From: Vulcanimicrobiota bacterium
GTDB taxonomy: Bacteria; Vulcanimicrobiota; Vulcanimicrobiia; Eremiobacterales; Eremiobacteraceae
Length of the DNA: 64,000 bases
NCBI GenBank assembly: GCA_963812135.1
Contig: CAWETU010000001.1
Location: forward strand, 1,344,001 to 1,408,000
Direction of reading: 5' to 3'
Positions within the stretch are counted from its first letter, which is position 1. Every line of letters starts with the position of its first letter. Positions 1 to 9,639 of the stretch are shown in pieces. Below the pieces are notes generated by a model, which saw only the letters and a program-made list of their open reading frames with translations, did not search any database and was not told where the DNA came from. The translations under genes and the position numbers were made by a program.

Positions 1-33
1 GAATCCCGTTCTGGTAGAGCCTAGAAAACGCGG

Positions 34-72
34 ACGTGCCGGCGGCATCTGCCGTCGGCACGTTTTTTCTTT
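34..72 (+). terminator. Intrinsic terminator of a gene ending at or before the window start
   Basis: ACGTGCCGGCGGCA-TC-TGCCGTCGGCACGT GC-rich hairpin followed by TTTTTCTTTT. Confidence 0.8.
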
Positions 73-87
73 TGGAGCGCGAAGCGC

Positions 88-762
88 TTAGCGGAAGAAC
101 CCGCCGCGGGAGGGCGTGCAATCGTCATGGCCGTGGCCGATCGTGATGCCGCCGAAGGTGCTGTCACCACCGCCGCCGCCCAACGGGCCTGACGGCGCGC
201 GATCGCTCATCACTTGGCCGGTATGTCCTCGGGTCGGTTCGTACGAGTCGTTCGCCGATGCCGCGACGCTTTGGCCGGTCGTCGGTGCGGTCGCGAGCGT
301 GTTTGTTGGCGAACCAGTGCCGGCCGTGTATACTTTGGCGGCCTTTGCGGGCTTGATCCGGGGCAGCAAGAGCATGCCCGTGCTGTGCGCGGGTGAGCCG
401 TGAGCCGGCGCTGCCGCGACGCGCGGTGTCGGGAGCAGCGCGCTGGCGGATGCACTGCGCGCAGTCATGCTCGTATGCGTCGGCCGGGAGACGTCGACTG
501 GGATCGGCTTTTGAGATTGCACGATGCGCGTGGGTCGGACCACGCTTTGCGGCGTTCGCACCAACGTTTCGATCGTGATGATCTGGCTCTTCACCGGCGT
601 CGGCTCCGGTGTTCGCGACACTGTGTAGACCAACGCTCCGGACAAGAGCATAAAAACGGCGCTGACGTGCACGATGGTCGACGTGCCGAGACCGAGCGGT
701 AAATCCCGCCGGTACTCTTCCTTACCTCGTCGTCCTGCGGTGGGGTCTTGTTCGCCGAGCAT
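88..762 (-). CDS. Hypothetical membrane-anchored Pro/Thr/Ala-rich protein (TonB-like N-terminal anchor)
   Basis: 224-aa ORF; hydrophobic segment LGLGTSTIVHVSAVFMLLSGALVYTV with a TonB-type S-x-x-x-H pattern, then a low-complexity linker. Confidence 0.6.
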   Translation of the reverse strand: MLGEQDPTAGRRGKEEYRRDLPLGLGTSTIVHVSAVFMLLSGALVYTVSRTPEPTPVKSQIITIETLVRTPQSVVRPTRIVQSQKPIPVDVSRPTHTSMTARSASASALLPTPRVAAAPAHGSPAHSTGMLLLPRIKPAKAAKVYTAGTGSPTNTLATAPTTGQSVAASANDSYEPTRGHTGQVMSDRAPSGPLGGGGGDSTFGGITIGHGHDDCTPSRGGFFR

Positions 763-933
763 ATGAGCCCCCTGACACCGTCCTGATATGTGGACGTTGA
801 GCGCGTGTCGGCGATGTGCCTGCCGTTTCTTTCAGCAAAGGCGCTTCCCCACGAATTCCCAGGTTCGGGCGCGCTGGTTGCGAGGCTTGCTTGCTCGACC
901 CAAGCCCAGGCCAGGTTTCGGCTTTATGAAAGG

Positions 934-954
934 CTGACCGGACACGCCGGTCAG
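934..954 (-). promoter_or_regulatory. Putative bacterial SECIS hairpin
   Basis: Minus strand CTGACCGG-CGTGT-CCGGTCAG, perfect 8-bp stem; loop begins 16 nt after the UGA and has G at loop position 2. Confidence 0.65.
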
Positions 955-1175
955 TGGATGCTTCAGCCGCCCCCGAAGCCGACCGTGACCGCGCCGTCGG
1001 GTGAGACGATGACGGGCACCGTCAACCCGCCGGACAGTTTGCGCATCTCTTCGCGCGCTTTTGGATCCCCTTGCGCGTTGATCTCCCTGAACGGAACGCC
1101 GCGAGCGCGGAAATCCTTCATGGCCGCAGCGCAGTATGGGCAGCCTGGTTTGGTGTAGATCACTGTCGTGTCCAT
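951..1175 (-). CDS. Glutaredoxin-like protein, probable UXX-star-type selenoprotein (Sec at 963-965)
   Basis: MDTTVIYTKPGCPYC...TVPVIV...VGFGGG-TGA-AGC-ATC-CAC-TGA; CPYC active site; in-frame UGA three codons before a second stop. Confidence 0.8.
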
Positions 1176-1239
1176 GCGCGCGTGGTTCAACGTAGCAGGC
1201 GGCGACACCCCGGGCTACGGCTCCTGACGTTCCCAAATC

Positions 1240-1386
<147 letters not shown>

Positions 1387-1387
<1 letters not shown>

Positions 1388-1905
1388 TACTTGATGGGCT
1401 GCGGAGAACACTCGCTCAGCGTTTGATACTGAAAGACGACGTTCTCGACCTTCGGGCTCGGATGCTTTATGCTCGTCACCGACACGTTCGACAGCGTAAA
1501 TACTGTTGGAGGTTGCCCGCCGGCCTTGCGCATCGTGATGGCGACGGTTTGGAGCACCATGTGATTCACGACCATGTCGAGAAGATTTGGCGAGGCTGCA
1601 TCGGTCTGCTTGGTGACGGTGATGAAGCCGTGCCCGCCGTGTCCTTCCTGTCTGCCTGGCTGCAACTGCATTGAGGCCGCGCTTGTGCCGGCCGCGATGG
1701 ATTGCGCTTGGAAGTTTGGAACTCCGGGAATGACCACCCTATCGCCCGCGCCCGACGCAGGCACGCACGGGCCGACCGGCATAGCGTGGATCGGTTGGGC
1801 GATGGTGTGGGTTTGTGTGGTGGTCGTCGTGGTCGTCGCGGCAAGCGCCGGAGCTGTGGCGAGAAGCGCCGAAAGCGAACAAAAGACGCCAAGAAACATG
1901 CGCAT
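1387..1905 (-). CDS. Secreted Hcp-like (T6SS tube fold) protein with Sec signal peptide
   Basis: AAGGAGG RBS; signal MRMFLGVFCSLSALLATAPALA; Hcp-like motifs ITVTKQTDAASPNLL, RKAGG, FTLSNVSVTSI, ENVVFQY. Confidence 0.7.
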
Positions 1906-2001
1906 TATGAAGCCTCCTTGTCTAACAGACGAACGCTTCCGCGACACAATTCGTTTCGCGGCTCATCGCGCCGCGGATCGGCGGCTTCGAGCCGGGCCTC
2001 C

Positions 2002-2613
2002 CTATGGGAGCCGGGTGACGAGTTGTGGGTGCGCCGTATAGCCGGGGTTACCGGGCGAGGTTCCGTGGCTCTGGTTGTCGCTATGATAGACGAGTTCGAT
2101 CGCATCGGCGTGCGTGAGCAGATGCGGCACCGTGACGGTGATCGACGCGCGGCCGTCTTCGCCGGATCGGAACGAGTTCGTGTTGCCGGTGCCGTCGAGC
2201 GGCGTGAAAGTCGCACGGTCGTGGTCGATGTGGCTTTCGAACAGACTGTAGTCGGCGTCCGGGATCAGTCCGTAGAAGGTCGCGCTCACGGTTTCCGCAT
2301 TGGGTCCCGTTGGCGTCACTTCCGCGATGCCGTGCGCGCCGAGCCACTGGACCAGCGACACGCCGAGCTGCGTACCGTCCGCGTTGTACAGCGGCGTCGC
2401 TCCGTCATCGGACAGCATCGCTGGGCGCAGGCCTGCCTCGTGCACGATGTTGAGCGGACCTGCCTCCGACTTCGCGTTCTGCGCCGGCCTGCTCTCCTTG
2501 ACGAAGACGAACGGATCCAGCGGCGTGCCCTGATTGGTCTCCGTCGTGAAGAACGCGCCGTGTGTCATGAAATTAAGCGTTACCGCAGCGAGGAGCGCGA
2601 TTGGTTGCATCAC
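2002..2613 (-). CDS. Hypothetical, probably exported protein
   Basis: 203-aa ORF overlapping the upstream stop (GTGA); short hydrophobic N-terminus; GC3-biased codons. Confidence 0.65.
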   Translation of the reverse strand: MMQPIALLAAVTLNFMTHGAFFTTETNQGTPLDPFVFVKESRPAQNAKSEAGPLNIVHEAGLRPAMLSDDGATPLYNADGTQLGVSLVQWLGAHGIAEVTPTGPNAETVSATFYGLIPDADYSLFESHIDHDRATFTPLDGTGNTNSFRSGEDGRASITVTVPHLLTHADAIELVYHSDNQSHGTSPGNPGYTAHPQLVTRLP

Positions 2614-3152
2614 GCTTGGCTTTGGACGGGATTACGCGCGACTGCGTTCACTTCAACGGCGCCGTACTTAGCCAGGACGTCATCGACGTCGGCGCGCGCG
2701 AGTGCGCCGGTAGGCAGAGAGATGGAGACGATCGCGCCACCGCCGGTCACGATGCGCTGATATTCGCTCGCATGCGCGGCGCTCACACCCTGATCGATCA
2801 GCAGTCCGGCGATGCCGCCTGCAACGGCGCCGCCAACGGCGGCGCCTGCGCCTGCCGCGAGCGCCGTCGCCAGCGCGCCTCCGCCGACCACGAGTCCCAC
2901 GCCGGGGATGAAGAGACTGGCGAGTACTGCGAGCACACCCAGGCCGGCGCCGATGCCCGCTCCCTTGGCCGCGCCGACGGCCACATCGGTAGCAGTCGTG
3001 GTGGTGATGCCATCGGCTGACTGGGACGTATGGTCGACGTTGCCGACGACGACGCTGATATCTTCGGGCATCGCGCCGCGGTCAAGGAGCGCGCCGGCCG
3101 CTTGCTCCGCTCCGTTCGCGTCTGCAAACGCCGCAAAAACTGTTTCCGCCAT
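2610..3152 (-). CDS. General stress protein (YflT/17M-like domain with Gly/Ala-rich membrane hairpin)
   Basis: VFAAFADANGAEQAAGALLDRGAMPEDISVV...GAAKGAGIGAGLG...IPGVGLVVGGG...GLLIDQGVS; AGAAGGGA RBS. Confidence 0.75.
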   Translation of the reverse strand: MAETVFAAFADANGAEQAAGALLDRGAMPEDISVVVGNVDHTSQSADGITTTTATDVAVGAAKGAGIGAGLGVLAVLASLFIPGVGLVVGGGALATALAAGAGAAVGGAVAGGIAGLLIDQGVSAAHASEYQRIVTGGGAIVSISLPTGALARADVDDVLAKYGAVEVNAVARNPVQSQA

Positions 3153-3196
3153 GGCCCGTCCCTTCTGAGTGAGCGCGCAGATGCTGGCATTTGCGT

Positions 3197-3224
3197 ATAC
3201 CCAGATTTTGCATCCGCTCAATCC
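3197..3224 (-). promoter_or_regulatory. SigB/SigF-like promoter of the general stress protein gene
   Basis: Minus strand GGATT-N17-GGGTAT. Confidence 0.6.
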
Positions 3225-3245
3225 TCTGGGACGGATCTTTTTCTG

Positions 3246-6200
3246 CTAGGCCGCCTCGTCGCGGATGGCGCGCAGGAACTCGAGCGCGTCCGGCCGGCAG
3301 AACTGCTCGCCGATATAACTCGCGACGAATCGTCCGCCGCGCACCACGCCTTGCAGCTCGAGCCGCCGCAGCGCCATCAACAGGTCCCGCCACGGCGGCG
3401 CGTGCGTCTCGCGCTGGACGACGTCGCGGAACACGATGCCCCAGCGCGCCAGCAGCTGGTGCGCATACGCCTCGAGGTCGGTCTCGGTGCGCACGACCGG
3501 ACGAAGCAGCGCCCACCGCCCGATCGCGTTGCGTGGACGCGACATGTTGTGACGGCCGAGCGCCAAGCGCCGCTTCGGATCGATCAGCGCGCGCAGATTA
3601 TCGAAGCCGTCCGCGGTGACTAGACCCGCCGCCACGAGTTCCCAAAGACCATCCTCGATCTCGCTCGGGAGGCGGCCGGTCGCGCTCACGAGATCGGAGA
3701 AGAACGACGCGCCATGGCGCTCGATCGCGCCACGCACGTCGATCGCCGCAGCGGAAAGCGACGCATCGGACGCGTGGCCGCGGGCGTTCGCTGCGCGCGC
3801 CAGCAGCCAGCCGGCGTCTTGGCGTAAGAAAAGCGAGACCGGCGCGACGCGAGTCGGCCGCACGCGCCGCCCGCGCTGAGCCGGCGCGCTGTCGAACGCC
3901 GGATGCGGCGACAAACGTCCCCACATGACCTCGCCCGACGCGCACAAGCAGTCCAAGTACTCGGGTTTGTAGCGCGCCACACGCGAGCGCAGAACGTCGC
4001 TCTCCCATGCGGATGCGGGGAACTCCAGGCCTTGGAGCTGCTTGATGATCTGCAGCGTGCCGTCCACGCCATGCAGTTGCGTGCCTGGCGCGAGATGCTG
4101 CCACTGCGCCAGAAAGCGCTCGTAGCGCGCGGTGCTCACCGGTTCGATCTCGCGGCGCAGCGTCGCCAGCGTTCGGCCATGGATGCGCGCGAGCACGCGC
4201 CGGTTGCACCACTGCGCTTCGACGCCTGGGTCGAAGCTGCCGCGCAAAACCTGTCCCTGTGTTTCGAGCGCAAGGAGCGCCGCTTCGATCGCCGGTTCGG
4301 GCAGCGCAAGGCGCTGCGCGAGCTCGGCCGCAGTAATCGGCCCGATCGATTCCATCCAGCCGCGCACGATGTCGGCTGCCGCGGTCTCGGCGCCGTCCGC
4401 CGCGTCTGAGCGTCCGTGGGCGGCGCCGAAGACGTCGAGCTTCTCGGCGGGCACCCAGAAATGGTGGCCGTCAACGATTTCGGCGGTGGCGCGGTTGGCC
4501 GCGCGCAGCTCTTCGAAATAGGGAAGCCAGCCATCCGCTTCGGCGACGGGCAGCTGGATCAGCGTGAGCAGCGCATCGTGCAGTTCGTCGGCGCTGCGCA
4601 CGACGGGCCACGATTCGGCCTCGACCGCGCGGATCGCCTCGGGGTCCAAAACGCCTGCGCCGGCGGCGACGTCGCTGCGCAAGGTGTTGCGCAGCTGGAC
4701 GGCGCGGGCTCGGCGTTCCTCAAGCGGCGCATCGTCCAGATACGCGAATGGATTCGCGTTGAGGATCTCGTGCGAGAACTTCGACGGCTCGGCGGTGTCG
4801 ATGGCCACCGTGCGGATCGACCCCTCGCGCATGCCGCGCAGCACATCTTTGAGCCCGTCGAGGTCCATGGCCTCGTGCAGGCAGTCCGCGATGACCTCGT
4901 TGACCAGCGGATGATCTGGGATGCGCACCGGGGCGCCGTCCAAGTTCTCCGGGCACGCCGCTTGATCGGGAAAGACCGCCGCGAGCAGATCGTCCGCGCG
5001 CATGCGCTGGATGTTGGCGGGCACTTTGCGGCCGCCGCGGAAGCGCAACAGCGCCAAGAAGCGCTGCGCGTCCCAGCGCCAGCGCGCGGTGAACATCGGC
5101 GAGGGCAGCATGGCCTGGACGAGCACGTCTTCGACGCTCGCCTCCTTCAAGAAGCCGAATACGGACGCCAGCGGAAATGCGTGCTGGTCGCTGAGCGAGA
5201 TGACGATGCCGTTGTCAGTCGCCGCGGCTTGCAGCTCGAGATTGAACGATCGGCAGAACCGCTTGCGCAGCGCCAAACCCCACGCGCGGTTGATGCGCGC
5301 GCCGAAGGGCGCATGTATGACCAATTGCATGCCGCCGGACTCGTCGAAGAAGCGCTCCGCGACGACGGTTTCGCACGTCGGAATGGCTCCGAGCACAGCG
5401 CGGCCTTCCTTTATATACTGCACGGCCTGCTCGGCTCCAAGGCGGTCGACGCCGCTCTCGCGCCGCAGGTATTCCTGGGCGGCTGCTTCCCCCTCAGCGT
5501 CCACGATCTGTCCGATGCGTTCGCGCAGACGCGATACTTCTTGCGACAACTCGCGCGTGCGGCCGGGCGCTTCGCCCCGCCAAAACGGGATGGTCGGCGG
5601 CGCGCCGTGCGCGTCGTCCACGCGAACGCGCCCCTGCTCGACGCGCCGGATGCGCCACGAGTTCATGCCCAGCAAGAAGATGTCGCCGGCGAGGCTTTCG
5701 ACCGCGAAGTCCTCATCGACCGATCCGACGACAGTGCCATCCGGCTCCGCGACGACGGCGTAGGTCGTCGTGTCCGCGATGGCGCCACCGGATGTGATGG
5801 CCGCGAGCCGCGCGCCGCGTCGGCCGCGGACGCGTCCGTTGATGCGATCGCGATGCAGCAGCGCGCCAGATCGACCGCGCGATGTCGCGATGCCTTCCGA
5901 CAGCATCTCGACAACTGCGTCGAAGTCGCGCCGCGCCAAGTCCCGATAGGGATGCGCAGCGCGGATCAGCGCGTACAGATCGTCCTCGAGCCAGTCGTCC
6001 GCCGCACATGCCGCGACGATCTGCTGAGCAAGAATGTCAAGCGGTTTCTCGGCCGGTTCGAGACGGTCCATCGCGCCCGTCCGGATGGCCTTCACGACGG
6101 CGATGCATTCGAGCAAGTCGTCGCGCGTGTTCGCGATGAGAATGCCTTTGGGGCGTGCGCCGACCCAGTGGCCGGAGCGGCCGATGCGCTGCAGGGCGGT

Positions 6201-7274
6201 CGCGATCGACCGCGGCGAACCCAGCTGGACGGCCAGATCAGCCGAACCGATGTCGATCCCGAGCTCGAGCGACGCGGTGGCGACGACCGCCTTCAATTCG
6301 CCGTGTTTGAGCCTGCGCTCGGTGTCGAGCCGGATGTGCCGGGCCAGACTGCCGTGATGGGGCATGACCGAGCCTTCGCCGAGGCGCGCCGAGAGGTTGT
6401 GCGCCACGCGTTCGGAGAGCCGGCGCGTGCTCACGAAGATCAGCGTCGTGCGATGCTCTTTGATGAGTTGGGCGAGGCGGTCGTAGATCTCGCCCCACAT
6501 CTCGGTACTGGCGACAGGGCCGAGCTCGTCCTGCGGCACTTCCACGCTCAAATCCATCTCGCGTCGATGGCCGATGTCGACCGATCGTGCGGACGGGCTG
6601 AGAAAACGCGCGACCTCCTCGATCGGCTTGACGGTCGCAGAGAGCCCGATGCGCTGCGGTCTGCGACCGCCGCGCTCGGTCACGAGCCGGTCGAGGCGCG
6701 CCAGCGACAACGCCAGATGCGGCCCGCGCTTGTTGGCGATGATGGCATGGATCTCGTCGACGATGACAGTCGAGACGTTGCGCAGCGCTTCGCGCGAGCG
6801 CTGCGCCGTCAAGAGGATGTACAGCGATTCGGGGGTCGTGACCAGGATGTGCGGCGCCTTTGCCAGCATGCGCGCGCGATCGCGTGCGCTCGTGTCGCCG
6901 GTCCGCAACGCGACGCGGATCGGATCGAGCTCGACGCCGCGCGTCGCGGCCAACTCGGTGATCTCCGCGAGCGGGAGCTCAAGATTTGCATGCACGTCAT
7001 TGACGAGCGCTTTGAGCGGCGAGACGTACAGGATCTGGGTCTGGTCCGGCAGCGAGGCTCGGGCCACGCGCAGCAGGCGGTCGACCGCGACGAGGAACGC
7101 CGCAAGGGTCTTGCCCGAACCGGTCGGCGCCGATATCAGCACGTCTTGGCCAGACTGGATGAGCGGCCAGCCCGCGATCTGGGGCGCCGTTGGGCTCGCG
7201 AACCTGTCCTGGAACCATTCTTCGACGAGCGGGTCAAAGTCGATGGCTGTGCGATTGAGGGGCTCGAGAAGCAT
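3246..7274 (-). CDS. lhr: Lhr-family ATP-dependent SF2 helicase
   Basis: APTGSGKT, DEIH, GLSATV, ATASLELGID, QRIGRSGH motifs; C-terminal RRLE...RGGRFV...GEQF. Confidence 0.92.
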   Translation of the reverse strand: MLLEPLNRTAIDFDPLVEEWFQDRFASPTAPQIAGWPLIQSGQDVLISAPTGSGKTLAAFLVAVDRLLRVARASLPDQTQILYVSPLKALVNDVHANLELPLAEITELAATRGVELDPIRVALRTGDTSARDRARMLAKAPHILVTTPESLYILLTAQRSREALRNVSTVIVDEIHAIIANKRGPHLALSLARLDRLVTERGGRRPQRIGLSATVKPIEEVARFLSPSARSVDIGHRREMDLSVEVPQDELGPVASTEMWGEIYDRLAQLIKEHRTTLIFVSTRRLSERVAHNLSARLGEGSVMPHHGSLARHIRLDTERRLKHGELKAVVATASLELGIDIGSADLAVQLGSPRSIATALQRIGRSGHWVGARPKGILIANTRDDLLECIAVVKAIRTGAMDRLEPAEKPLDILAQQIVAACAADDWLEDDLYALIRAAHPYRDLARRDFDAVVEMLSEGIATSRGRSGALLHRDRINGRVRGRRGARLAAITSGGAIADTTTYAVVAEPDGTVVGSVDEDFAVESLAGDIFLLGMNSWRIRRVEQGRVRVDDAHGAPPTIPFWRGEAPGRTRELSQEVSRLRERIGQIVDAEGEAAAQEYLRRESGVDRLGAEQAVQYIKEGRAVLGAIPTCETVVAERFFDESGGMQLVIHAPFGARINRAWGLALRKRFCRSFNLELQAAATDNGIVISLSDQHAFPLASVFGFLKEASVEDVLVQAMLPSPMFTARWRWDAQRFLALLRFRGGRKVPANIQRMRADDLLAAVFPDQAACPENLDGAPVRIPDHPLVNEVIADCLHEAMDLDGLKDVLRGMREGSIRTVAIDTAEPSKFSHEILNANPFAYLDDAPLEERRARAVQLRNTLRSDVAAGAGVLDPEAIRAVEAESWPVVRSADELHDALLTLIQLPVAEADGWLPYFEELRAANRATAEIVDGHHFWVPAEKLDVFGAAHGRSDAADGAETAAADIVRGWMESIGPITAAELAQRLALPEPAIEAALLALETQGQVLRGSFDPGVEAQWCNRRVLARIHGRTLATLRREIEPVSTARYERFLAQWQHLAPGTQLHGVDGTLQIIKQLQGLEFPASAWESDVLRSRVARYKPEYLDCLCASGEVMWGRLSPHPAFDSAPAQRGRRVRPTRVAPVSLFLRQDAGWLLARAANARGHASDASLSAAAIDVRGAIERHGASFFSDLVSATGRLPSEIEDGLWELVAAGLVTADGFDNLRALIDPKRRLALGRHNMSRPRNAIGRWALLRPVVRTETDLEAYAHQLLARWGIVFRDVVQRETHAPPWRDLLMALRRLELQGVVRGGRFVASYIGEQFCRPDALEFLRAIRDEAA

Positions 7275-7357
7275 TGTCCGGCCTCGATTCTGCAGGCCCG
7301 CCTGTACTTCCGTCTGGCCGGGCAAGTGGCGCCCGCGAAGCCGTCGAAGCGCGGCGC

Positions 7358-7960
7358 ATGACGGACGGCTTCACGATCAACAAGGCGCGCTTCGAAGCGT
7401 TCTCCGACGGCGTCTTCGCCATCGCCATCACGCTGCTCGTGCTGGAGTTCCACCTGCCGTCATTCGCCGGGCAGCCGTCGCTCGCGGAACAAGCACACGC
7501 CCTATTCTCGATCTGGCCGCAGTACGTCGTCTATGCCGTCACCTTCCTGACGATCGGCATCATGTGGCTCAACCACAACGCGCAATTCCGCCACATCGAG
7601 CGGATAACGTACGGCATTTTGCTCGCCAATATCTTACTGCTGTTGTTCATCGCGTTTTTGCCGTTCCCGACGGAAGTGCTCGCTCGCTTCGGCATCACCG
7701 GCGTCTCGGTCGTGTACTACGGTCTCACCTTGAGCCTCATCTCACTCGCCTATAACATCGTCTACTGGCAGATCCTCGCGGCGCATCCAACGATCCCGCG
7801 CCGACCATTGGCCTGGAGCATCGTCGGGTTGTCGGCGTATCCGATCGCGACGGTCGTCGGATTTTTCTTCCCCTTCGCTGGCGTAGCACTCTTCACGTTG
7901 CTCGCCATTTTCTACACGCTGCCTGTCAACATGACAAGCGTCGCGCTGCGGCCCGAGTAG
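7358..7960 (+). CDS. TMEM175 (DUF1211) family potassium channel
   Basis: RFEAFSDGVFAIAITLLVL signature; WLNHNAQF; multiple TM helices. Confidence 0.9.
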   Translation: MTDGFTINKARFEAFSDGVFAIAITLLVLEFHLPSFAGQPSLAEQAHALFSIWPQYVVYAVTFLTIGIMWLNHNAQFRHIERITYGILLANILLLLFIAFLPFPTEVLARFGITGVSVVYYGLTLSLISLAYNIVYWQILAAHPTIPRRPLAWSIVGLSAYPIATVVGFFFPFAGVALFTLLAIFYTLPVNMTSVALRPE

Positions 7961-7966
7961 CGGCCG

Positions 7967-9589
7967 ATGGTCCCCATCCTCCCCATCCTCGCCGTCTTCG
8001 CGCTCATCCTCTTGCTGGTGCCGCTTTCGAAGCGCATCGGCGTGGCGTACCCGATCGTCCTGTTGCTGGGCGGCGTGGCGGTCGGCTACATCCCCGGTTT
8101 TCCGACGTTGACGATGCCGCCGGAGCTGGTGCTGGTCATCTTCTTGCCGCCTCTGCTCTATTGGGAAAGCGTGACCGCGCCGGCGAGCGAGTTCCGCAAC
8201 AGCGCGTGGTGGATCTTCCAGCTCGCGTTCGGCCTCGTGATCGTCACGACGGCGGTCGTCGCCGTGGTCACACACGCGCTCGTGCCGGCGATCGGCTGGG
8301 GCGCCGCGTTCGTATTCGGCGCGATCGTCTCGTCGACCGACGAAGTCGCCTTCGCGCCGATCATCGACCGCTTGCCGATCCCGCGCCACGTGGTGGCGAC
8401 GATCGAGGGCGAGAGCTTGGTCAACGACGCGACCTCGCTCGTGCTCTATGGAGTGGCAGTCGCGGCGGTAGTCACGGGGACGTTCTCGCTCGGGCACACC
8501 GCAGTAGCGCTCGTGCTCTCGGTGGCAGGCGGCATCGCATTGGGCGTCGCCGCAGGGTGCGTCGCCGTGCTCGCGTGGCGGTTCACCGACGATCCGGCGC
8601 TGCAGGCGCTCATCTCGATCTCGGCGCCGTATCTCGCGTATATCCCCGCGCAGTACGTCGGCGCATCCGGCGTTCTCGCCGTCGTCGTCACCGGTCTCTT
8701 CGTGCAGCGCTATACGCCGCGCGTGCTCACGCCCGCTGCGCGCGAGCGCGCGACCGGGTTTTGGGTCACGGTGGTGTTCGTCGCCAACTCCGTGATCTTC
8801 GTGCTCGTCGGCATGCAGTTCCACGCCATCGCGAGTAGCCTCACTGGGTACTCTCCGGTCACGCTCATCGGCTACGCTCTCGCGATTTCCGCGACCGTCA
8901 TCGTGTTGCGCCTCGCGTGGGTGTTCGCCCAGGCGCTCCTGCCGGTCACCAACGAGCCCGAGCATGTGGAAGGCAAGGCGGACTGGTCGCACGTCGCGCT
9001 GCTGGCGTGGTCTGGCATGCGAGGAGGCGTGACCATCGCGGCCGCCCTCGCTATCCCATTCACCGCCGCGGCCGGGCCTTTTCCGGGACGGAACCTCATC
9101 ATCTTCTTGACGTTTTGCGTCTTGCTCGCCACGTTGGTCGGCCAGGGCGGCACCATCCCATGGCTCATCCAATGGCTGCATATAAAGGAAGATGATGTCG
9201 ATCAACGTGAGGAGCGGCTCGCGTTTGGCGAGATGGCGCGCGCGGCGCTGGAACGGCTTGATGAGTTGGAGAAGAAGGGCGAGGTTCCTCAGTCGGTGAT
9301 CGACTTGCTGCGCAGGCGCTTTCAGGTCCGCGAACTCGAATTCGCCGAGGAGGTGGGTACCAAAGGCCGCAGGGTGGCGCGCCTGAGCGAACTCTATCGC
9401 AAGGCCGTCACGGCGGCGACCGACGCGCAACGTCAAGCGCTCATCGAGCTGCGGGATGAGGGTAAGATCGACAACACCGTGCTGCGCAGGCTGCAGCGGC
9501 TGCTCGACCTCGAAAGCGAGGAGATCCAGCTGCTCGGAACCACCGCGGGCCACAGCGACATCGAGTCTCCGGAGGATCACGGCACGTGA
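7967..9589 (+). CDS. Na+/H+ antiporter, CPA1 family
   Basis: IFLPPLLY, EGESLVNDAT, WSGMRGGVTIAAAL motifs; helical C-terminal domain. Confidence 0.9.
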   Translation: MVPILPILAVFALILLLVPLSKRIGVAYPIVLLLGGVAVGYIPGFPTLTMPPELVLVIFLPPLLYWESVTAPASEFRNSAWWIFQLAFGLVIVTTAVVAVVTHALVPAIGWGAAFVFGAIVSSTDEVAFAPIIDRLPIPRHVVATIEGESLVNDATSLVLYGVAVAAVVTGTFSLGHTAVALVLSVAGGIALGVAAGCVAVLAWRFTDDPALQALISISAPYLAYIPAQYVGASGVLAVVVTGLFVQRYTPRVLTPAARERATGFWVTVVFVANSVIFVLVGMQFHAIASSLTGYSPVTLIGYALAISATVIVLRLAWVFAQALLPVTNEPEHVEGKADWSHVALLAWSGMRGGVTIAAALAIPFTAAAGPFPGRNLIIFLTFCVLLATLVGQGGTIPWLIQWLHIKEDDVDQREERLAFGEMARAALERLDELEKKGEVPQSVIDLLRRRFQVRELEFAEEVGTKGRRVARLSELYRKAVTAATDAQRQALIELRDEGKIDNTVLRRLQRLLDLESEEIQLLGTTAGHSDIESPEDHGT

Positions 9590-9639
9590 CAGGAACCAAC
9601 AGATACGAGCATGCGTTTCCGGTACGAGGGAGGCCGGCC

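Noticed and set aside
4416..7361. 981-aa plus-strand ORF and similar long antisense ORFs (e.g. 7742-9670, 32790-34196, 44972-46282)
   Set aside because: Shadow frames of well-supported genes in high-GC DNA; no recognisable motifs
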